Part shown: positions 9,734-20,125 of the stretch, piece by piece
Layout of the letters: every line of letters begins with the position of its first letter
Numbering within the stretch: position 1 is the stretch's first letter
Assembly: GCA_022813965.1 (NCBI GenBank)
Contig: JALDZS010000237.1
Location: 1-32,919, forward strand
Direction of reading: 5' to 3'
From: Toensbergia leucococca
Lineage: Eukaryota
Length of the DNA: 32,919 nt
Notes under the pieces: generated by a model
What the model saw: only the letters and a program-made list of their open reading frames with translations
Databases searched by the model: none
Told to the model about the DNA's origin: nothing
Made by a program: the position numbers and the translations under genes

Positions 9734-9776
9734 AACAGTGTCAAATGATGAACGGTGTCAAGTGAATTACACTGTA
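9734..9776 (-). repeat. Orphan DNA-transposon terminal repeat (Tc1/pogo/Fot1-like architecture)
   Basis: The minus strand reads TA|CAGTGTAATTCACTTGACACCGTTCATCATTTGACACTGTT: a TA target, a CAGT start and two 11-bp direct repeats (AACAGTGTCAA at 9734-9744, AACGGTGTCAA at 9751-9761). I found no partner TIR. Confidence 0.45.
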
Positions 9777-10503
9777 GAAAAATCATTCAATTATGCAATA
9801 ACAGAATTAATTATTGAACTATTGAATGATAGATAGGTACCTTATTGTCATAGAATTAGTTATCTAAGGAGGAGAACTGCTACTTATGTGCGCTCGCTAA
9901 GCATGTAGGGCTGAAGAAGTGTCTCTATCAACACAGTGGTCAAATATGACAGAGCTAGTTGGGCTGATGGGTGAATAGAAGGAGTGACGTTGAGACAAAT
10001 TGGAGTTGGTTGTTTCTTTCCTTCCGGAGCAGGCGAAAAAGGAAACTTTAGGGTGAGGGTCAACTAAGTGCAAAGGCTCAAGAAAATTCTAAGGCTAAGG
10101 TATTAGAGTATGCTCAAATTGCCGGCTCGATGGTTCAAGCTCTGCGTCCCTAGATACCAGCGACGGCGCTGGCGGATATCTTTGTATATTGAGTTGGGAG
10201 ATTGCTCGAGAGCGCTTCCTGGGATCAAATCGAGCCGGATACCCTCCTTTCGTTGCCTTGGTGTTCGCTAATTGGGGATTTTTCGTACTTGGGCTTCGAG
10301 CAAGCGGGTTGTTTGGAGTTGTGTGAAAGCTGAGGAGGAATTGTATCGTTTGAATAAGAGGATTCAAAGGCCGTACATACCACAAGACTGAACTAGTAAT
10401 CTTCAACCAAACGTCGGTCTCCCAAGTCACCGCATTTTCCACCGAAAGCTAAAGAGCTGCTTATTCCAGGTGTGCGTTAAGGCGGAATTGCCTCAAGCCG
10501 ATA

Positions 10504-13500
10504 TCATTGTCTTTGCGAAATCTTGAATCCATACTTACCCTCTTCAAAAATCGAGCGACCCTCCCTTTCTATCAAGGTGCTATCAACAGCTTGACTCGCT
10601 CTGGACATCTCCTCGATCTGATCTGCTTCGTCAATCTTCCCCTGATCACGAAGTACAGAACCAAGGTTCCTCATGCTTCTCTGCGTGTGTATATTATTAG
10701 GACCAAAGATTTTCTGCCGGGCCTGCAAAGCTCTGCGATGATGCCGTTCGCTCTCTTCTGGACGCTGGAGATGACGAAGGACAATGCCAAGCATGTTCAC
10801 GCATGTTATTGTCTGGGGATTGTCCTCTCCTTATCGTGTCTCCCTGACTGCGAGACCATTCCGACTGATTGTCTCACATTCCCAGAACGCCTGCACTGCC
10901 AATGCACTATCGCCCCTCTCATTGTGGCGTAGACCAATATCCTTGAGAGTGGCAGCCAGATCATCCAACGTTAGCATGGCCTCTAGGCTAGTCTCGCCAA
11001 ATGCCCGGTTCTTCCTGAGCAGCGTCGCACGCGAAAGGCCTTCGGCCTCCTCCAAGAAACCTTGCTCCTTCCATGTTTTGGCTAGCCCGTCCTCAGACAG
11101 GAGTGTATCTGGGTCATTGATGCCCAGTAGCGCCCTCCGGAATTGCAGAGACTTTTCGTGAAGACGCCTACTCTCGTCGTGGTTTCCCAGTCGAGTAAGT
11201 AAAGAGGCCAGCTGAAACATCGAGTTCACTGTCATGGAATTCTGTTCCCCAATAGTCCGTATGCGGCCGTCCAAGACTTCTCGGTGCAGTACTGCGGATT
11301 GTGCCCACTGCCCGCGATAATGTAGTAACTGAGCGAGCTGAAACTTTACCTCCAAGGTCTCGGCGTGATCTACACCAAAATCTTCGCTTCTGCGCCTGGT
11401 AACTTCTTCAAGACGCAAGCGGAAACAGTCAGCAACCAAAGCGAGACGAGGATCTTGCGAATCGCAAAGTGTAATCCAGTCGTTTAGTAAAGTCTGCGAA
11501 ACAAGCAAGTTGCTGACCGTAAAACCAGCGTTGTTAACAGCGACGCTTCGCTCTATATAGGCCAGCAGCTGATCAGATTCAAGGAACAAGTGCAACCAGC
11601 GTAACAAATCGATCGTTGGTGGTCCTGACTGAGCCAAATGTCGAACCCAGAACATTGCCACATAGTCGAGAAGGTCGGAAGAAGAATTGTCAGTAGCTTT
11701 GCGTGGAAAAGTGCTCTGAGATCTGTCTTTGAATACATCAAAGTTCAGATATGTAATGCAGACGCTGGCCAGATATTGATTCGCTTCGGACTTGGCAACA
11801 CGGAACTTCGTGACTGGGAACTGCTGAGAGCCGCGGAGCTCTTCGGATGCGAGTAGATACTCTTTGACGGTCAGATGTACGAAACTCACGATACATTCAG
11901 CACCGTCCTCGCTAGGCTCAGAGATCTTCACAAGCGACCCACACACATCTTCGAGAAGTCCAGTCAGATCCAAAACCTGATCATCAGGGTCGATCGCTGC
12001 TACTCCTGGCCGGATAGCTAGAGCTGTGGCTAGCTCTGTCACTGTCAAATGACGCTCTGCACATGCAAGCCACTTGAGCAGAAGTTGTGCCGCCCTTTGC
12101 CGTCGATGGTTTTCAGCCAGCAGCTTCTCCAAGATCCGACTATATAGCTGTCCCAGACCGCGAGGAACATCACTCAATATCTGGTTAATTTCAGAGAGAA
12201 AAGTTGCTTTCTCAAGTGACTCAACCATCAGCCGCGTCCACAGAAATTGTCCGTCTGCCTTGGAAATCAGTGTCTGTGTGATTCGTTGACCCAAAGACCT
12301 ATCTGAAAGTTTGGAAAGCGGAGGTCTCTGAATTATTTTCTGTATGTATAGAGTCATGTCTTGCTCGATCACAATCGAAGTAATCTCGAATGAAGGCCAT
12401 GTAGATAGTGCAGTGCGGAGCCATGGCTCACTTCGGCTAAAGACCGCTAGATGGAATTGATAATTAGCACTTAGTTCAACAAGTCGTCCCAGCAAAGCAG
12501 ACTCCCGTCCATCCTCGCACTCGTCCAACGCGTCAATGACGACGTAGATCGGGTGAGAACCATGAATGACTATTAATTTGAAGAGATCTAGTAGTTTTGA
12601 TAAGGATGTAGCTTTTTCCTGGCCGCTTTTGATGATAACCTCACGAGCCAATTGTACAAGGTTGGCGTTTCCAGCTACGAGCTGTGAGATAAGTGATCCC
12701 AAAATCCGCACCGAGGTTCTCTTCGCTGAATCTCCTGCGTCGCAGAAGAAATACGCAACTGGACTTGATATTTGCCGTGCTTTCATGCGTGCCACGAGGG
12801 AAGAGCTGAGCATACTTTCCCCACACCTAAAACCCCGTTCAGCGGATGGCACAATATCTGTAGCAAGGGAACGAAAGCATGACCCGCCCTGGTATACCAT
12901 TAACCCACAAGAGTTTCTGACTTCCAGTTGACCAAGCCATCACCTCTGGTCTCGTGAAGAACCATATGCCGGTACCTTCTACTCGTGTTCGCTGAAGTTT
13001 TTCAAAATGATCCTCAGTATCGACAGGGCTGAGCCATTTGATAACCTCCAGACACTCTAGAAGTTCGTTATGCGAGTTCTGTTGACGTCTTGCAAATTCA
13101 GATTCCTCGACGTGACAAAAATGGGCCTCGAGATCAAGCAGGTTTTTGTGCTTCTCTAAGTTGACAATGATTCTGCTTGAATGTGCTTCAAAATTGCTCC
13201 AAAGAATTTTTTTGAGCAAAAGAAAACCTAGGAAATGATCATGAGCCATAGCGTCAAGCTAGATAGAGAAATCTTACTGACTCTTTTTGCAGAAGAGAGT
13301 AGTTGCGAGAATGCAGAAATCCATGACATCGGCATATACCGCGGCGAGCATCTCGCAAAGCCTGATGCTGTCAGGAAAGAGGTCGACATATTGCTGCACC
13401 CTAGGCAAATGATCACCGAGATCATTCAGGACCTGAGAGAATCTATCCACGTAATTGAGAACTCGGATTGAGACCTGACCCACATCAGTTACTAACGTTG

Positions 13501-13953
13501 TTCGCAACCACGAGCGCGGAAGTAGCCACGCCTGCCACCAATAAAAGATCAATTGACCCCCACAGAATCGTAATGGCCATACAGCTGTTGGAGTATATCT
13601 TCAGCACCTCTTCGTACTGCGCAACACTCTCTAGAAAGGGCCGAAATTTTCCATAAAAGCGGAAAGCCACTCTTTTGGCGGTCTCAGCCTGGAGCAAACA
13701 TAGGTGCTGGAGGACATCTTTGGCTGACTTGGCAGATGCCACAATGGCTAGCTGATCCGGCGTGTAATGCTGCTCCGCACGTCGCTGCGCGTTTCGCCAC
13801 GCGATCTCAATGGGATCTGAATACTTGGTTGGAACGAGACTGTAGAAGCAATTTAACAATTAGCAAGGTGACAGAAACCTCGACTGAGGCTAATAGGGTA
13901 TCTGGTACAGACCTGGAGCACTTGGATTCTGCGGACCTAGACGAGATTGACAT
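10504..13953 (-). pseudogene. Fungal NLR (helical N-terminal domain - NACHT - winged helix - kinesin-light-chain-type TPRs), damaged or atypical. Exons 13953-13913, 13839-13536/13539, 13474-13282, 13227-12888, 12826-10504, with an internal TAA at 10833-10831
   Basis: N-terminal ..ILWGSIDLLL..LGDHLPRVQQYVDLFP; NACHT lead-in KWLSPVD..RVEGTGIWF..LLWVNGIPGCGES; VAYFFCD; Walker B IYVVIDALDEC; KADGQFLWTRL; DVPRGLGQLYSRIL; FVHLTVKEYL. The 42-aa TPRs continue in frame past the TAA. Confidence 0.85.
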
Positions 13954-16900
13954 GATCAAAGAGCCAAGCGATGGAAGCTCGAGTGGTCCTTTTACAAGGA
14001 AGATACTTCTAGTAGAATTGCGAATGCCTTTGATGGACTTATTTGTTGGAGGACGGGGGATAAGTAGGCAGTGAGCCGTCTCGATTGCAGGAGACTGTGG
14101 CGGAGGGTACAGAGAAGATTGGCAGGACTGTTTTTAGTGGAAGGTAATATCTTAGCTCCAGGCTGTGTCGAAATAGGCTGCATGGGATGCAGAAGTGTTG
14201 TGCAATAAGTATCAAGATTGGATGCCTTAGCTGAATTCAAGCAGGCTGAAGGACTTGATTCAGCTTGCATGGGCGCCTCATCATTCCCAGGCCTAGGACT
14301 CTTTTCTCCCACCACATCTTCAATTGCTTATCAGCCTGCTACGTCATGAAATTTAAATCCTCCATGAGAATCAATTGTTATCTTGATAGGTGGTAGCAAT
14401 ACTAAGAAATAAACTAGGTACCTACCTGTGATGAAATTTTTAGATCTGCCGGTGAGCCGCAACAGAAGTGTCAAAGCATGACTCTTGCCCCGGATTGATG
14501 AAACATCTTCTATAAAGTTGACACTTGTATTTGTAGTAGTTTCTGCAATCTTCGACCAGTCTACACAGAAGAGTACTTCTAATTGATTGATCGCCCATCG
14601 TTGTTAGTGTCCTCGTAACTGCTCGACCAGCACAGTGAACCCGAGTAAGCTCTTTCCTTCATACGACCGGGTTTCGATTTGAGCTGATTTGAAGCAGGTG
14701 ACTTGGCGAGACGAATCTTTCCTATTCCTCAAAGGTCCTGTCGACCGGCTGCATCGTTTTCAGTTTGTACAGTGCGTGGAGTCTGTGGTGGAGCTGCTCC
14801 CCATGGATTCATAGAAACATTTTTGAATGATAGACCTCCTAAGTTCCATGGAGTAATTGTTTAGCGGGACTTCTGATTTTGTCATTATGACATACAGTAC
14901 CTTTGAGATATTGAGATACGGTACGTAATAGAAATACCATCGCGGGCAAAAAGAAGAAGAGTATAGTTTTGGGAAATCGACAAACCGTCGGTGAATTTCT
15001 CATTGAAAGGTGTCCCACCTGTGCGAATGATATCAATTCTAGTCTCGAGGTATTGGGAGGATCATCAAGTCCAGTTGTGGATGGATCTCGCCGTCCTTCT
15101 TCTCCTCCACCATGAGATAGTAGTTCTACATTTGGCGTGATCCTTGATGTACGTATTGTCTTCGCTCCCCAATTCCTCAACACGACGACTGCTTCCACCG
15201 ACACCTTTGCCAGTCCCCTCCTCACAGGGTATGCCGTTGTCTACCCGTCCACGGTGACCATCGAGACGATCCGTACAATTCTTCGCCATCAACTCAATAC
15301 AACGATCCCTATGCTAGGAAAAGGTATAGTCAATCTTCGCTACCATCTCGCGTCTCAGGCGAGTTCACTTTGTCTATTCATGGTTATGATCTAGAGGTCC
15401 TCTTTGAGCTGCCTCTCATAGTCTGAATATCCTGCTCCCTTCCTAGATGATATCTTAGCCTTTCAATTAGCATTGTCTTTTCCTTTTGTTGTTCCATTGC
15501 AGCTACTCTGTTTCAGCTTTCTCACTACGGCTTTCTGATAGCTTGCATACTCGAACCACCTATCAGCTCAGATGGATGCACAAACTCACTATCTCGGTAC
15601 ATGTGAGTTGGTAATAGAAATCACGGACGCTCAATAGACAAGATGCACCTACAGTAAGAGTTCGATAGGGATGTCAGACTCAATTCGAACCAACTGACCT
15701 TAAAGCCACCACTAATTTCATCTATTGGTGCAAATCCTCTATAACCTAAGGATTCGTCCGGAATGACTGGCACATAGTATTTTTTACCTCTGTTAGAATC
15801 TTCATCGTCAGCGGCTCAACCCTTGGCGATCAGTCGAGCATCTGCACAGGCATCGCTATCGTTATTGATCGAAATACAAACAGGCCGAGCTTGTCACCGC
15901 TGACGTCTCTATCATCGGATTCAGGTTCAGCAGCCAATCCTGCCATATGACAGGCGCCGCCGGCGTCATAGAGCAGGGCTTTCTTAGGTACCCCACGCAT
16001 TTACTCATGAATCAAGCTAGCGTTGCAATCGAGCATGGCCGTCAATACGCCAACAGATATATCTATGCAAGATGTGCTTTCATGCATGACTCTTGGTGTC
16101 CACCTAAGTTAGCGCAATGCGGATAATTCTCTTCTTACCTTATTTGATCTGCAGTTTTATCGATGGCGGAAATCATTTTTAGTAGAATATTCTAGACGCG
16201 ACCGAGGGCTGAGGAATTGATTCCTCGATTAGCATAGCAATGCTGTACATGCGGAAGTTCCTATGGTGAAGAAATAGGGATGTCGAAATAGCAATTTGAA
16301 ATAGTGCTTACTGTCAGGTCCCACTTTGTACCCGGCCGTTAGTCCCGCATCCAATCGTGCCTGGCCTTCTCAAGGGTATTTTCGGCTCGAAACGGTCTAT
16401 CTTGGGGGTGATGGAGCATTCCAAGGCCTGGTAGGTGGGCGATCGTGGCCGAATGGCTTCTACGGCTACGAAGACGAAAAGCACGCCCTTCGATCGTCAG
16501 GCCTGATGATTAGAGATGGTGGAGTGGCTGAGCGTTTGACAAATCCCTAGAGTGGGACGATGTGTATATAGAGGGAAAGGAGCTTTGATCTCTTCTCTTG
16601 CATCTATGAGTTCGTGGGGGATAAAGTTCAGCAATCGAGCAAGGGCCTCGGTGCAATTGCTCGAATATTAATAGCACTCTGCATGGGAATTCTGCAGCCA
16701 AGTCTGGGACACGAGATACTGCATTTGCTGGCAGCCAGTAGTGTCGTCGCCTGCTTCGCCCTGTCCCCACTATTTCGACGACGACGGCGGGACTGGGAAA
16801 CGGATCGCTGCTAGATCTTCCTTCCATCACCAGCATGATATTGGCGACTTGCGCATCTGACGGAAACACCAAGGCACTGGATCTGGGTAAGATATCGCAA

Positions 16901-16977
16901 TACCGGCAGCAGCAGCAGCAGCGGCGCCTCGCTAATCCATTATGCAAGTAAGGTACAGTCAGCACTAGGTAAGATCG

Positions 16978-19502
16978 ATGTCGCCAATCGGATCGAGCAA
17001 TGGCCATGGGGGAACCAGATGGCTCGAGAACGAAGCTCCTCCTCACACTCCTCCACTGCCACTATCACTGCCACTGCCACGTGAAGTCGACCTGCCGCCA
17101 ACGTCGTTGACAGCGGCCTTCCAAGCTCAGTTCTACTCCTCTAGCGCCGCTTCGCCTCTAGTGCCCGTTTCCAGCGTCGATGTTTTCTTCAACCCCCATC
17201 AACTTGTCGACCTTCATAACGGACAGCACTGGGCTGACCTGCCCACCGCTGCATTTGTCAATGCCTCGACCATCACCAATTCGCTAAACAATGCTATCGA
17301 TTGGTCCAACCGAGTAGCCTTGGCCGATTCCCCAATTGACTCTAATCCTTCGCCGACTCACAATCGGTCACAATCACTACGTGGGCAAATCGATTCGTCG
17401 ACCCTATTGACCTGGCCTTCAACGTCCGCCAACACACAATCTACGGTAGATGCTACAAATGATTTGTCACCTCGGCCAGGCGCATTCAATAGCTCCAATC
17501 GACCACCCACAAAGCGTTCGAGTAAAATTCATGCCGTTTCAGTGAGCAGTAGTATCAGGTCCGCCGTGCCTCATACTCGCCAGTCCAGTCTTGGAGGACA
17601 AAATCCTCGCGGTTTGAAAGGTAGTACATCGCTCAAACACATGTTTCAGGGTGATCACGACTTGGAGCTGGAGGACGGAGACGTCCAAGGTGATCATTAC
17701 ACGCCTGGAGGCTCTCTAGTCCGAAGCTCTTCAGCTGTTTCACAAGGCGATCATGAATACCCTCCGTCCGATGTCGCTGACGATGAAATGTCCCATGCCG
17801 TCTCTCATCAACCTGTGATACAGGAGAACAGAGCGGCCGGAAAGACACCTAGTGTTACACGGACACGACAGACGGAGCCCGGCTCGAAAGATCAATGGAT
17901 TCTCCCAGCCGAAAAAGGGTTTCCCATACAGATAGGTTCGGAACTTTTTCGGTTATCTGGGGCCTCGATTATGTCAGATGGTCAGTATATTGAGTGGCCT
18001 GCCTTTGTTGGAAATGTGCCTTGCTGAGAGTTTTAGAGCACCCTCTTATTTTTCAAGGTTTTTTGAGGAACAATATCGTCAAAGCGACGACAATAGTGGT
18101 GGGGTGAGAACATTGTACATTGACAGAGATCCTGCAACTTTTCAGGACATTTGTTTACATTTACAAGGTATGCTACATGATATACTATGTTTACTGTATC
18201 TAGCTAATTCGAGTGGGGCAGGATACCATGTACGACCTCGAGACGGCGGTCACTTTGTCAGGCTTTTTGCAGACGCACAATTTTATGGCTGTAAGACTTG
18301 TTCTACTAGACAAGCATGGGATCTTGCTAATGTTATTAGTACCACGATTAATTTCCCAGCTTTTCGAGTCTGAAATTTTCATTCAGATTGGCGGTCAAGA
18401 TTTTCAAATACCTCGAGATCTTTTCTCATCGCCAGGAGATTCTCCCAATTTCTTTTCATTGGGCTTTGCGGTGTTTTTCTCGACTCCACGAGACATCTTT
18501 CCCGGCCTCGATACTCGGGGCTTGTTACGTCCTCCAGCAATCCTTCCACCCAATGTGCCTGGTCGATCTGCACACGTTTTCTCTGAACTCCTTCACCTGT
18601 TGCGTGGTTATCCTTTGCATATCAAGAACGAGGAACACAGAGCCGAACTACTTCGAGATTGCCGATACTTTTACCTCCGCGGCCTCGAACAAAAGATCAT
18701 TTCACACAACATCAGCTACAATGCCGAGCGAGGTATATCAGAGATCATCATCCGCCTCGAAGACGTTCGGCAATCAGGTGTCTCCTTTGTGGGGGACGCC
18801 TCTCCATCAGATCGCTCTCCACTTGGCGGGTGGGTCAACTACGCACGACCTTTTGTGGACGAAGTTAGCTATGAACTCATCATCGAACTTAGTGACGAAT
18901 CTACGCAAGTCGACTTCCGCAGCATGCGAGCACAGTTCTTCGGGGTGGCCAAAGCTCGAATTTCTAGCCTTTTTCAAGTGGTTGCCAATAAAATGAACCT
19001 ACCTACAAACGTGCCGCTAGGACTGATGATGTCGTCGGGGGGAGCTGCAGCTCAGCCTGTCAGTCCAGGTAATACCCCTTTGAGTGAAGATAGGGTGAAG
19101 ATACGCATCGAGGGAGATACCCATCTCGTCCTAGATGGGGAAGAGCACGTATGGGATGGGACTGGATTTGATAATTACGGCAATACAGACACACCGGAAG
19201 CAGCACTGACGTATGAAGCAACGGTTTCGACGCCGTTGTCTGCCGGGTTGGGGTCTAATCACGGCATGACCCAGACCATCAGCCGGCCATCAAGCATAGG
19301 GCCTCCTCCGCGAAAGCGCAAGCGGCAAGGCAGCCTTGATGAATTTGGAGAATGGATGATCCGGAAGGGTCAGTGGCGGGTGCGGGTGCAGCCAAGCGTC
19401 AATAGCAATCGGGGAGGAATGGAGGTGGTGCTGTGTGCGGTGAAGCTTGATGCGATTAGCGGGCAGAAGGGACGGAATACCCAACGAGGCTTCTTGAATT
19501 GA
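16978..19502 (+). CDS. Tandem BTB/POZ-domain protein similar to yeast YDR132C/YLR108C; exons about 16978-17980, ~18039-18167, 18222-18290, 18340-19502
   Basis: FPIQIGSELFRLSGASIMSD|APSYFSRFF...TLYIDRDPATFQDICLHLQ|GYHV...LFADAQFYG|LPRL...IQIGGQDFQIPRDLF..DSPNFF. The long Ser/Pro-rich N-terminus means the start codon is less certain. The intron 1 boundaries are ambiguous by a few nt. Confidence 0.88.
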
Positions 19503-20125
19503 TGATTTATGCCTTTTGCCTTTGGTTTAATACGTGAAACATGCCTTGTCTTTTTAGGTAGGAAGCTATGAGCGAATTACCTATCGGCCGGTCAGGTACA
19601 TATATGTAAGATCGTCACTGCTTCAAATCAGTAAGTATATAGTCATTACCTTACTCAATTACTACCTTAGCACGAGTACAGTCAGTCCACAGATAGAGTT
19701 TACCGACCTAACATTTTAAAGAAATGACAAGCTTTCGGGATGGCACGATGCTAATGCTCCATGATTGAGGGCGCTACCTTTACTATCATCGTTTAATTGC
19801 ACAACTTGGTTACAGGGGAGATATGTGGCGTTGGACGGTCGATAGAATAGGTGACGGCACATGTATTGTCTCTGATTGGTTGGCGCTATTTTTCTTTCTC
19901 CAATACCTTAACAATACCGGCACCAACGGCACCATGGACCTTGTTTCGGTAGATTGACGAGGCTGAGGCTGAAAGATGAAACCTGCCCATCCACCGTCTT
20001 TCTGGGCCGAGCAGTCCAGTCCAACCCCCACACTTCACGAATTCTCCTCCTTCTTCCTCATGCTGCTCCCATCATTCTATCACTGTCGTTGTACTTTTTC
20101 TGGCTCGTGATTCTGGCGATAATCC

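Larger units (their letters stand above)
8700..9776 (-). mobile_element. AT-rich, CpG-depleted transposon relic containing a MULE-like transposase fragment interrupted by a solo LTR
   Basis: I count only one CpG in 8701-9420. The minus-strand frames are stop-riddled. After removing the LTR and one TSD copy, the frame reads SVIITDKDINFISVE*NVLLNAASLICHQ, with the same spacing as the MULE motif 'viiTDrD-x18-C'. Boundaries are approximate. Confidence 0.6.

Noticed and set aside
12790..12830. Alternative splice giving GIPGVGK followed by a gtatgc intron, which would rescue the Walker A Lys
   Set aside because: It would need an implausible donor after CCA G, has no in-phase acceptor nearby, and would remove SMLSSSLV...VAYFFCD, which matches the canonical post-P-loop helix.
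14428..14520. GTGATGA box C-like motif (snoRNA)
   Set aside because: No box D (CTGA) at a suitable distance and no terminal stem.
13840..16900. Amyloid-signalling partner (HeLo/HET-s-type effector) next to the NLR
   Set aside because: The NLR N-terminus (MSISSRSAESKCSS) lacks an N/Q/G-rich amyloid motif, and I found no effector-like ORF in the divergent region; the ORFs at 14839-15394 are unrecognisable.
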